Source: Miltoncostaeaceae bacterium (GTDB lineage: Bacteria > Actinomycetota > Thermoleophilia > Miltoncostaeales > Miltoncostaeaceae). From it: 64,000 nt of DNA. The position numbers and the translations under genes are program-made. Position 1 is the first letter of the stretch; the number at the start of each line of letters is the position of its first letter. The stretch spans positions 55,560-119,559 of the forward strand of contig CAWFXQ010000007.1 in the NCBI GenBank assembly GCA_963819845.1, in the 5' to 3' direction. The notes under the pieces were generated by a model. It saw only the letters and a list, made by a program, of their open reading frames with translations. It ran no database searches and was not told the origin of the DNA. Of the stretch, positions 51,450 to 60,244 are shown in pieces.

Positions 51450-51610
51450 CCAGCCGGGCGCTCGTAGCCGAGGACGTGGTACTGCCAGTGGTCGAGGTAC
51501 ACCTCGCGGGCTGCGGGTTGTCCCTGGCCGCGAGCCACTCCCTCGCCGCCCGCCAGGGCCACGGCCGCCTCAAGGAGAGCGACCGCGGCCGAGTCCAGTC
51601 TCGTCGTTGC

Positions 51611-52009
51611 TCAGCCCAGCAGGCCGGCGCCGGCCAGCAGCGTTGCCGTGTCCCAGTAGACGCGCTCCTCACGGATCAGGTCGCCCGCCATCTCGCACAC
51701 GCTGACACCGCGCAGCTCGACCTGCTCGCCGCGGGCGGGCCAGCCGGGCATCTCGCCCGTGTGGGTGCCCTTCCAGGTCCATTCCACGGTGACCGTGCCG
51801 TCCTCGCCCCGTGTCTCCTTGTGGATCTCAAGCGAACAGTCGGGCAGCGCGTTCACGGAGTTCTGGGCGTGCTCTGCGATCGCCTCCCGTCCCTCGAGAC
51901 GCGCGGGGGGCAACGCGTACTCGATCCGGACGCCGTCGGGGGTGAACGCCTGCGCCACGGACTCGCCGCTTCGCCCGTTCCACGCCTGCTGAAGCCTGGT
52001 GAGCGCCAT
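51611..52009 (-). CDS. SnoaL-like (NTF2 superfamily) ester-cyclase-type protein
   Basis: ORF 51611..52009. ...EWTWKGTHTGEMPG.PA.G..VELRGVSVCEMAGDLIREERVYWD is typical of the SnoaL family. Ribosome-binding site GAGAGGAGG. Confidence 0.8.
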   Translation of the reverse strand: MALTRLQQAWNGRSGESVAQAFTPDGVRIEYALPPARLEGREAIAEHAQNSVNALPDCSLEIHKETRGEDGTVTVEWTWKGTHTGEMPGWPARGEQVELRGVSVCEMAGDLIREERVYWDTATLLAGAGLLG

Positions 52010-52033
52010 CTGGGCCTCCTCTCGCCTCGCGGC

Positions 52034-52318
52034 CTATCGGCGAATGCGGCCGCCATCCACCACGCCGATAGCCTCGGGCGAGGCTAACGCCCGCTTCCCT
52101 GGTACGGCAAGGACGTGCGGCGGCGAGGCGCGCAGGCGGCCCGTTCGACGCCTGACGCTGACCTCATCGGCGCTCGTGGCAGGACACCATGTGAGGCGGC
52201 GGTCGAGGATCTGGGCCCGGGTCTGCCAAGCGGCCTCCCCCACGCCCAGGATCTGCGGCTCGATATCTACGACGCTCGGGATCCCGCCCGGGTAGGTGAC
52301 GTGCTCGAAGGCTCTCAC
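52034..52318 (-). CDS. Hypothetical protein or gene remnant upstream of the SnoaL-like gene
   Basis: GTG inside ORF 52034..52672. High GC3 in VRAFEHVTYPGGIPSVVDIEPQILGVGEAAWQTRAQILD. The stop is 24 nt before the SnoaL start. No family recognised. Confidence 0.3.
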   Translation of the reverse strand: MRAFEHVTYPGGIPSVVDIEPQILGVGEAAWQTRAQILDRRLTWCPATSADEVSVRRRTGRLRASPPHVLAVPGKRALASPEAIGVVDGGRIRR

Positions 52319-52696
52319 GATGCCGCACCCCGCCTTCCAGAGGCGCCGGGCGGGGCGGGACTTCGTCGCATCCCTCGCCCGGGTGGGCGTCGGCCGGGTG
52401 CCTGACGCGGGCGCGGCATCGGGCGCTCGACGCCCACCGGGAGGGTGGTCCCGCCTCCGCCGGGCCGCCGCCGCCGCCCGGGGTCCTATTCCTGGCCCGC
52501 GCTGCGGCGCGAGGCGGAGCGGCGGTTCGCCGCCGGATAGGACCCGCGGCGCGTCGTCGAGGCCCTCCTCGCCCGGGAGCGGGCCGGCCGGGCGGTGCCG
52601 CCGTCGCGGCGGACCATGCGGCGCTGGTTCGCGGAGGGCCGCTGGCGCGGTGACGGCTCGCGCCCGGCGCACCGGCCGCGCCCGCCCCGCCCGCCC

Positions 52697-53315
52697 TCAG
52701 GGCTCCAGCGTCGTGAAGACCCAGTCGGTCTCGGTGGCGATCGAGTGGCAGCCCCAGCAGGTGGCGCCGGTGAGCGACGGGCTGGTGGCGAAGCCGGCGT
52801 CCGGGCTCGCGCGCTTGTACTCCACGAACTCCCAGTCGCCGTGGGCCGGGTTCGACGCCCTCGATCTTGCGCATGATCGCCGCCAGGGTGATCGCGCCGT
52901 CGGTGCGGGCGGCCTTCACCAGGATCGTCCCGACCGGGTACTCGCCCCCGGCCGTCAGCCGCTCCTTCGGCACGCTGACGTAGACGTCCTTGGTCCCCAG
53001 GTGGGCGTCGAAGCCGACCCGCCGGGTCTGCTCGGAGTTGGGCGGGATCGGCTCGGCGTTGAGGCGGTCCCAGCCCTGGAAGCCGGCGGTGTACGCGGGC
53101 AGCCCGGGAAGGGCCGCCGCCTCGGGCTCGGGGGCCGGCTCCGGCGCGGGCGCCGCCGTGGCGGGGGGAGCCGTCGCCGCCGGGGCGGCGGTCGTCGCCG
53201 GCTCGGCCTCGGCGGCGCCGCCCGGGTCGCCGCCGCCGCAGGCGGCCAGCCCCAGGCCCAGCCCGGCGGCCACGACCAGCGCGACGGCCCCTCTCCGTAG
53301 GTTCACGGCGTCCAT
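52697..53315 (-). pseudogene. Cytochrome P460-like lipoprotein, 1 frameshift (~52847)
   Basis: The N-terminus MDAVNLRRGAVALVVAAGLGLGLAAC (lipobox) ...YPVGTILVKAARTDG...MRKIEGV is in the ORF 52164 frame. The C-terminus AHGDWEFVEYKR...GATCWGCHSIATETDWVFTTLEP (CxxCH) was translated by hand in another frame. Confidence 0.7.
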
Positions 53316-53378
53316 ACTCCCCCTGCGTCCCGCGAGGGGCCAGGGGGTTTCACGCACTTGTAAGGAAACCGGCCCGGT

Positions 53379-55404
53379 TTGAGCGCCCCCGCGGGCGCGG
53401 GCATGATGGGCGCGCCCGTGGCCCGTCCCCGCCCCGCCATCGCGCTCGCCTCCGCAGCCCTCGCCCTGGCCGCCGCCGGCGCGGCCTCGGCGGCGCCGGC
53501 GACCGGCGACCGCCCGGCCGGCACGGTCTCGACCTGGTCTCACGAGCTGAACCAGAACGAGCTGCCGCAGTGGAACCGGCGCACCGCGCCGCCCATCGCG
53601 CCGGGACGCTGGTACCGGATCGTTGACGGCATCCTGCGCGAGTCGGGAGCCAACGGCCTCTGGTTCAGCGGGCCGAGCGCGCTGCCTTTCCCGCCGCTGC
53701 CGCTCAGCCCCAAGGAGCCGGTGGGCTGGCGCACGCCGTCGCGCTTCGCCGCCCAGCACCGGAGCACCGGGCTGCGGTGGGACGTGGCGGTGGAGGTCTG
53801 GGCCGCCCGCCGCGCGCTGCAGCGCAAGACGGCGACGGTGTCCGACCCGACGGCCGAGCCGACCGCCTACACCCGCCGCCTGTCGCTGCTCGACCCGGGC
53901 TACCGGCGCGAGGCCCTGCGCGAGATCCGCCGCATCGTCCCGCGCCTGAGGAACGCCCCCTTCGTCAACGTCTACACCGGCAGCGACGAGCCGATCGCGC
54001 TCATCCCGCGCGGGAGGGCCCGCGCGAGCGCCTTCGGGCGCCGGCTGGCCCGCGACTTCCGCCGCGCCACCGGCCTCGCGCTGCCCAACCCGGCCGCGCG
54101 CCCCAGCACCGACCCCCGCGAGGGGCTCCGGTGGCTGGCCTGGTCGCGCTTCTCGGGGGACCGCTTCTTCGCGATGAAGGAGGAGCAGGCCCGCGTGATC
54201 CGCCGCCTCGACCCCGACGCTCTCGTCAGCCCCAACGACTACGGCTTCATCGACGGCTTCGTCCCCTGGGACTACACGCGCCTGGCGGGGTTCGCCGACG
54301 TCGTGGAGGCCGACCCCTACGTGAGCTACCCCGAGCGCGACCGGGCCGGCCGCGGCCGCTACAACCCCGGCTTCGGCGCCAAGCTGCTCTCCGACCTCAG
54401 CGGCAAGCGCACGCGCATCATCGTCCAGGGCTTCGACTACTCGCGCTACCAGCCGGTGCCGGGCGACCTCTGGACCTGGAGCGCGCAGGCCCTGCGCGCC
54501 GGCGCGACCGACCTGAGCTTCTTCGCGTCGGACAACCCGCGCTTCACCAACCGGCGCCTCTACCAGGCCATGCTCGACGTGGCGCGCAGCCTTCGCGGCA
54601 CCCGCTTGCCGGCCCCGCCGACCGACCCCTCCCACCTGGTGCTCTACGCCACGGCCAGCGAGGGCCAGGGGCAGCCCGCCCGGGCGGGCAACATCCGCTA
54701 CCGCACCGACGGCGACGCGATCTACACCACCTACGCGCTGCTGGGTGAGCTGGCCGGCGGCGCGTTCAGCTTCGACGCCGACGCCCGCCTGGCGGCGGAG
54801 CCCGGGCGGCTGGCGGCCGCGCGGACGCTCTGGCTACCGCGGGCCGACATCCTCGAGGCGCCCTTCGCCGACCAGGTCGCCGCGTGGGTCCGCGCGGGCG
54901 GCACGCTGGTGGTGACCGACCCCGAGGCCTTCACCCGCACGCCGTCAGGCGCCTCCCTCGCGGGGGTGCGCGACGCGCTGATCGGCGCCCCCCTCGGCCC
55001 GCCGCGGCCCGGGCGGATCCTGCAGGTCGAGGCGGGGGCGCTTCGCGCCGGGGTCCCCGACGACCTGCTGAGCGTGCCGATCGACGCCGCGCAGGCGCGC
55101 GCCTTCGCCGCGGTCCCGGCGGGGGCCTCGGTGCTGGCGCGCTTCGTCGAACGGGGCGCCCGCCGCGATCGTGCGGCCCGTCGGCGCCGGCCGCGTGGTC
55201 GCCTTCGCCGCCGACCCCATGGAGCCCTCCGTGCTCGACGAGCCCCTCGACCTGGCGCGGCTGGTCGGCGCCCTGCACCGCTGGGCCGGGGGCACCGACG
55301 ACCACCCCGCGTGGCGCTACCGCATCCCGGGCGACCCGCAGCCCGCTCGGCTGCCGTGGGCCGACGCCGTGCCGCCCGAGGCCGCCCGGGCGGGCCTGCC
55401 GTAG
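53379..55404 (+). pseudogene. Secreted GH42-like (beta-galactosidase-like architecture) protein, 1 frameshift (~55150)
   Basis: Signal peptide ...ALASAALALAAAGAASAAP. The body is in ORF 53379. The last 80 aa (GAPAAIVRPVGAGRVVAFAADPMEP...) continue in the frame of ORF 55171..55404. Confidence 0.6.
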
Positions 55405-55456
55405 GACCCCGTCGAAGAAGCCGGCCGCGCGTCCGCCGGCCGGCCCGGCCCGGCCC

Positions 55457-55476
55457 GTCCGTCCGTCCGTCCGTCC
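55457..55476. repeat. Tetranucleotide microsatellite (GTCC)5, preceded by (CGGCC)3
   Basis: Read directly as cggcccggcccggccc-gtccgtccgtccgtccgtcc. It lies 53 nt upstream of ATG 55529. Confidence 0.8.
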
Positions 55477-55528
55477 GGGGCCATGGACTAGGGTTCCCGG
55501 CGCGCCGGTCCGCGACCCCGGGAGAGGC

Positions 55529-56683
55529 ATGAGCAACACGCGACGCGTCGTGGCGGGGCTGATCGCGGTGGCGGCCGCCATCGGGCTCCTGGTGGCCACG
55601 GTGGCGTGCGGCGGAGGCGACGAGACCGCGCCGGTCGGGGCGGTGGCCGCGGTGCAGGACGATCACCTTCCGGTCAACCCGCTCGAGACCCTGCCCGCCC
55701 GGCTGGACCTGGTCGGGGGCACCGGGGCCACGACGACCCGCTACGACATCTTCTGGTCGCAGGTCGCCCCCTCGGAGCCGGCGGACCCGCGCGACCCGGC
55801 CGACCCGGCGTACGACTGGTCGCGCCCCGACCTGGTGCTGCAGGGGCTGGCCGAGCGCGGGATCACCCCGATCGTGTCGGTCTACAACGCCCCCACCTGG
55901 GCGACGGGCGGCCGCTACGAGCCGCCGGGCTACCAGATCAACACCGCCGCGCCCGACCCGGACGCCTTCGCCGACTTCATGGCGGCCCTCGCCGCGCGCT
56001 ACTCGGGGGAGACGGCCTCGCCCGGCGGCGACCCCCTGCCCGAGGTGCTGCACATCGAGATCTGGAACGAGCCCAACCTCGCGGGCTTCTTCCGGCCGCA
56101 GTTCGAGGACGGCGAGCCGGTCTCGCTCGACAACTACGCGGCCATGGTGAAGGCGGCCCACCCGCTCATGAAGGAGGCCAACCCCGACGTGCAGGTGATC
56201 GCCGGCGTCGGCGGACCGCGCGGGAGCACGGGAGAGACCGGCATCGGCGCGATCGATTGGCTCCAGGGGCTGCGCGAGCGCGGGATCCCGCTCGACGGCT
56301 ACTCGCAGCACATCTACCCGTCGGCCGGGCCGCTGGTTCCCACCGACGCCCTGCCGAGCTGGAGCAGCATCGGCCGCTTCCTCGAGGAGATCGACGGCTT
56401 CCGCCCGGGGCTGCCCTTCTACATCACCGAGGCGGGCTACACGACCGCGACGACGCCCTACCGCGACGTTGCGGTCACCGAGGAGGAGCAGGCCGAGTAC
56501 CTCACCCAGATCTACTCGCTGCCTCAGCTGCGCACCGAGCAGGTGAAGGCGGTGGTGTGGTTCAACCTCGAGGACAACGTGAACTGGCCCGCCGGCCTGT
56601 ACCGCGAGGGGCTCGAGCCGAAGCCCAGCTACCAGCGCTTCCTCGACGTCGTCGAGGGCCAGAACGGCGCCCGCCTGGGCTGA
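55529..56683 (+). CDS. Lipoprotein glycoside hydrolase (GH5/clan GH-A-like)
   Basis: Lipobox LVATVAC. HIEIWNEPN (acid/base Glu) and FYITEAGY (nucleophile Glu) contexts. Confidence 0.8.
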   Translation: MSNTRRVVAGLIAVAAAIGLLVATVACGGGDETAPVGAVAAVQDDHLPVNPLETLPARLDLVGGTGATTTRYDIFWSQVAPSEPADPRDPADPAYDWSRPDLVLQGLAERGITPIVSVYNAPTWATGGRYEPPGYQINTAAPDPDAFADFMAALAARYSGETASPGGDPLPEVLHIEIWNEPNLAGFFRPQFEDGEPVSLDNYAAMVKAAHPLMKEANPDVQVIAGVGGPRGSTGETGIGAIDWLQGLRERGIPLDGYSQHIYPSAGPLVPTDALPSWSSIGRFLEEIDGFRPGLPFYITEAGYTTATTPYRDVAVTEEEQAEYLTQIYSLPQLRTEQVKAVVWFNLEDNVNWPAGLYREGLEPKPSYQRFLDVVEGQNGARLG

Positions 56684-58057
56684 TCAGCCCTCGCCGCGGC
56701 GGGCCCGGCCCGCCCGCCACACCGCCACCAGCGCGGTCAGGCCGATCGCGGCCGCCACCACCGACCCGCCCAGCACCCCGATCTTGGCGGCCTCCAGCTG
56801 GGCCGGGTCGGTATAGGCGAGCCCGGCGACGAAGAGCGACACCGTGAAGCCGATCCCCGCCAGCGCCCCCACCCCCACGACGTGGGCCCACCGCACCCCG
56901 GCGGGCAGTATCCCGATGCCCAGCCGCACCGCCAGGGCCACTCCCGCGGTGAGCCCGATCGTCTTGCCCAGCACCAGGCCCAGGGCCACGGCGAGGGCGA
57001 TGCGCGTCTCGGTCGCCGCCTCCAGCGACTCGGAGTCGAGGACGATGCCCGCGTTGGCCAGCGCGAAGATCGGCAGCACGACGAAGCTCGACCACTCGTG
57101 GAGGCCGTTCTCCACCCGGGAGAGCGGCGAGATCGCCTCGCGCGACAACCAGGCCAGCCGGCGCCAGCTGTCGGCGTCCTCGTCCGGGTCGTCGGGCTCG
57201 TCGGCGGTCTCGTTGGCGATCCGGATCGCCTCGGCGCTCACGGCCCGCGGGTCCTGGAACGGGCGCACCGGCGTCAGCAGCCCGATCGCCACGCCGGTGA
57301 TCGTGGGGTGCACCCCCGACTCGAGGGTGCAGAACCAGATGAACAGCCCGAGGATCACGTAGGGCAGCAGGTGGCGCACGTGCACCCGCTGGAGCGCCGC
57401 CATCGCGACCAGCCCGCAGAGCGCCGCGGCCAGCCACCCGAAGGCCAGCGTCTCGGTGTAGTAGACGGCGATCACCAGGATCGCCCCGATGTCGTCGATC
57501 ACGGCGACCCCCAGCAGGAAGGCCACCAAGCCGACGGGCACCCGCCGCCCCAGGGCCGCCAGCGCCCCCAGGGCGAACGCGACGTCGGTCGCCATCGGGA
57601 TCCCCCAGCCCCGGGCCCCCTCGCCGTCGCCGATCACCGCCAGGAAGACCAGCGCCGGCACCACCATCCCGCCCACCGCCGCGACCACGGGCAGGAGCGC
57701 GGCCTTTCGGCTCGCCAGCTCGCCGACCGTGAGCTCGCGCTTCACCTCGAGGCCGATCACCAGGAAGAAGAACGTCATGAGCCCGTCGTTGACGACGTCC
57801 TGGACCGTCTCGGTGATCTCGAAGCCGCCGACCGTCAGGGAGACCTCGTTCGACCAGAATTCCGTGTAGGAGGCGGTCGCGATGTTGGCCCACACAAGCG
57901 CGACGATCGTGGCCCCCAGCAGCACCAGGCCGCCCGAGGCCTCCAGGCGGAAGAACTGCTGCAGCGGCTGGACGACCAGCCGCGGGACGGGCCGCTCGGA
58001 GCCGGACCAGGGTCGGCGGGGCCTCTCTGGGGGGGCGTCGCTCGTCACCGGGGCCAC
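56684..58057 (-). CDS. nhaA: Na+/H+ antiporter NhaA
   Basis: FFFLVIGLEVKRE, GWGIPMATDVAFALG, VIDDIGAILVIA. About 12 transmembrane segments. Confidence 0.9.
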   Translation of the reverse strand: MAPVTSDAPPERPRRPWSGSERPVPRLVVQPLQQFFRLEASGGLVLLGATIVALVWANIATASYTEFWSNEVSLTVGGFEITETVQDVVNDGLMTFFFLVIGLEVKRELTVGELASRKAALLPVVAAVGGMVVPALVFLAVIGDGEGARGWGIPMATDVAFALGALAALGRRVPVGLVAFLLGVAVIDDIGAILVIAVYYTETLAFGWLAAALCGLVAMAALQRVHVRHLLPYVILGLFIWFCTLESGVHPTITGVAIGLLTPVRPFQDPRAVSAEAIRIANETADEPDDPDEDADSWRRLAWLSREAISPLSRVENGLHEWSSFVVLPIFALANAGIVLDSESLEAATETRIALAVALGLVLGKTIGLTAGVALAVRLGIGILPAGVRWAHVVGVGALAGIGFTVSLFVAGLAYTDPAQLEAAKIGVLGGSVVAAAIGLTALVAVWRAGRARRGEG

Positions 58058-58067
58058 ACGCTACGCG

Positions 58068-58085
58068 GGCGCCCGCCGGGGCGCC
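58068..58085 (-). terminator. GC hairpin downstream of the 58156..58554 gene
   Basis: GGCGCCC-gccg-GGGCGCC. No U-tract. Confidence 0.3.
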
Positions 58086-58155
58086 GAGTCAGGCGGTGAG
58101 GTTCCGGTCGATCGTGTCCGGGAGCGTGACCAGCTTCGTCAGTTGACGGCCACGG

Positions 58156-58554
58156 TCACGCGGGCGGGCCCGCGCCGCCGCTGATGGCGAGCGACAGGCT
58201 CTCCTCCGCGCCGGCGCGGTCGACGCTCACGCGGTTGACGAGGCGGTCGACGATGCCGCCGACGCCCGGGACGGCGCTGTCCTCGACGACCCGGCGCGCC
58301 GCGCCCGCCGGGAACGGCCCCAGGCGCACCGTCACGGCGCCCGGCTCGCCGTCCAGCTCGACGCAGAGGGCGTCGTCGGCCAGCTCCCGGCCGGCGGCCG
58401 CGGCCACGGCGGAGCTCGCGATCTGCACGTCCGACAGCCGGTCGAGCGGCAGGTCGACGCGGGCGGCGAGGGCGGCGAGCACCCGGTCCAGCACCGGGCC
58501 CGCGAGCTCGCTGCGGCGGATCACGAGGCGGGCGGCCGGCGCGCGCGTCGTCAC
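58156..58554 (-). CDS. Degenerate RsbW-like protein (HATPase-like fold without N/G boxes)
   Basis: GTG overlaps the RsbW-like stop (GTGA). The sequence can be aligned by eye with the upstream anti-sigma kinase (LVIRR...DRLSDVQIASSAVAAAAG...VTVRLGPFPAG...SLSLAI), but the catalytic motifs are absent. Confidence 0.55.
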   Translation of the reverse strand: MTTRAPAARLVIRRSELAGPVLDRVLAALAARVDLPLDRLSDVQIASSAVAAAAGRELADDALCVELDGEPGAVTVRLGPFPAGAARRVVEDSAVPGVGGIVDRLVNRVSVDRAGAEESLSLAISGGAGPPA

Positions 58555-58970
58555 GGCGCGTCCGCCGCCGGGGGCGAGAAGGACATCCGCACCTCGGTGG
58601 CCCCCTCGCCATCGCTCGCGAACGAGACCTCGTCGCCGATGGCGAGCATCAGGGGCAGCCCGAGCCCGAGGCCGGCCGCCGGCGAGCCGACGCGGGGGGT
58701 GATCCCGCGGCCGTGGTCGCGCACCGCCACGACCAGCTTGGCGGGCTCCACCCAGGCGCGGACCGCGTACTCGCCGCCGCCCTCGGGGTAGGCGTGGAGC
58801 ACGGCGTTGGTGCAGGCCTCGGTCACGGCGATGGAGATGTCGTTGCGGCTCTCCTCGCCCCACCCCAGCACGTCGACGAGGCCGCGCACCATCTGGCGCG
58901 CCAGCACGACGCTCTCGGCGTCGGCGGGCAGCGTGAGCTCGACGTGCGGCTCGGCCTCGCTCACCTGCAT
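58551..58970 (-). CDS. Anti-sigma factor serine kinase (RsbW/SpoIIAB family)
   Basis: N-box IAVTEACTNAVLHA and G1 VRDHGRGI, with GLGLGLPLM. Confidence 0.85.
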   Translation of the reverse strand: MQVSEAEPHVELTLPADAESVVLARQMVRGLVDVLGWGEESRNDISIAVTEACTNAVLHAYPEGGGEYAVRAWVEPAKLVVAVRDHGRGITPRVGSPAAGLGLGLPLMLAIGDEVSFASDGEGATEVRMSFSPPAADAP

Positions 58971-59061
58971 CGCGCGCTCGCCCCCCTTCGCTCGCCGGGC
59001 CCTACACCGGCGGTTCCCATGCTGGCAGACCGCGAAACCACGCGAGGCGCCGCCCCGGGCC

Positions 59062-59784
59062 TCACGGGGCTCCCTGCGCCGGGGGTCCCCCGGCGCTCTC
59101 GCGCAGCGATTCCAGCGCCCGGCGGATCAGGCGCGAGACGTGCATCTGCGACACGCCGATCCGGGCGGCGATCTGCGACTGGGTGAGGCCCTCCTCGAAC
59201 CGCAGGTGCAGGATCACCCGCTCGCGGGCGGGCAGCCCGGCGAGCCCGGAGTGCAGCGTCGCGCGCGCCTCGGCCTGCGCGAACCCGGGCTCGTCGACGC
59301 CCACCGCGATGCCCTCGTCATCCTCGCCGTCGCGGGTGGGGGAGGAGAGCGAGGTCGGGCGCTGGGCGCTGCCGGCGGCCAGCGCGTCGAGCACCTCCTC
59401 GACCGAGAGGTCCGCGCCATCGGCGATCTCCCGCACCGACGGGCTCCGGCCCTCGGTGGCCGACAGGTCGTCGACCGCCTGCGCGATGCGCGCCCGCGCC
59501 TCCTGGATCCCGCGCGGCACGCGCACCGTCCACGAGCGGTCGCGGAAGTGCCGGCGGATCTCGCCGAGGATCGTGGGCGTCGCGAAGCTCGCCAGCTTGT
59601 AGCCGCGCTCGGGGTCGAAGCGGTCGATCGCCTTGATCAGGCCGATGGTGCCGACCTGGACGAGGTCGTCGAGCGGCTCGCCGCGTTCGGCGTACCGCCT
59701 CGCGAGGCCTCGCACCAGCGGCAGGTGCTCCATGATGAGCCGCTCGCGCTCGTCGGCGCTCAGCGGCGCGTTCCCTGGCGGCAT
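59062..59784 (-). CDS. SigB/SigF-group RNA polymerase sigma factor
   Basis: Region 2: DLVQVGTIGLIKAIDRFDPERGYKLASFATPTILGEIRRHFRD. Region 4: RERVILHLRFEEGLTQSQIAARIGVSQMHVSRL. ATG 59784 follows GGAGGGGGAG. Confidence 0.88.
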   Translation of the reverse strand: MPPGNAPLSADERERLIMEHLPLVRGLARRYAERGEPLDDLVQVGTIGLIKAIDRFDPERGYKLASFATPTILGEIRRHFRDRSWTVRVPRGIQEARARIAQAVDDLSATEGRSPSVREIADGADLSVEEVLDALAAGSAQRPTSLSSPTRDGEDDEGIAVGVDEPGFAQAEARATLHSGLAGLPARERVILHLRFEEGLTQSQIAARIGVSQMHVSRLIRRALESLRESAGGPPAQGAP

Positions 59785-59832
59785 CTCCCCCTCCACCCCG
59801 TGCGACGCTGGGAACATCGCAACGCCGGGAGT

Positions 59833-59859
59833 CTGCCCGAATCGACGCGGGGGCAAAAC
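59833..59859 (-). promoter_or_regulatory. Candidate SigB/F-type promoter GTTT-N17-GGGCAG upstream of the sigma gene
   Basis: Read on the minus strand. It resembles the generic GTTT-N15-17-GGGTA(T) stress-sigma consensus. Weak. Confidence 0.2.
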
Positions 59860-59910
59860 TGCCGGGCCGAGGGGCCGGGACGGAGGGCCGCCGCTGCTAG
59901 TCTGGCGGGC

Positions 59911-60240
59911 ATGTCGTCCACCGGCCCGGGAACCTTCACCGCGCGCGCCGAGCAGCGCCCGGAGGCCACCGTGATCGTCGCCGAGGGAGACCTCGACCTG
60001 GTCGGGGCGCCCGCCCTGGCGGCGGCCCTGCCGGCCTCTGGCGACGCCCCGGTGATCCTCGACATGGCCGGCGTCGCTTTCATGGACTCCTCGGGCCTGC
60101 GGGCCGTGCTGGAGGCGCGCCAGGTGTGCCTCGATGCGGGCCGCTCCTTCGGCGTCGCCCGGCCGTCCGACGCCGTGTTGAGGGTGCTGGAGCTGGTCAA
60201 CCTCGCCCGCGAGCTCGAGGTGGTCCGGGCCCCGAGCTGA
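59911..60240 (+). CDS. STAS-domain anti-sigma-factor antagonist (RsbV/SpoIIAA family)
   Basis: VILDMAGVAFMDSSGLRAVLEA carries the conserved phosphorylatable Ser context (DSSGL). Confidence 0.85.
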   Translation: MSSTGPGTFTARAEQRPEATVIVAEGDLDLVGAPALAAALPASGDAPVILDMAGVAFMDSSGLRAVLEARQVCLDAGRSFGVARPSDAVLRVLELVNLARELEVVRAPS

Positions 60241-60244
60241 GCGC

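Noticed and set aside
51611-51613. Selenocysteine or programmed read-through at the SnoaL-like TGA
   Set aside because: No SECIS-like hairpin immediately follows. The SnoaL domain is already complete at the stop. No selenoprotein machinery is visible.
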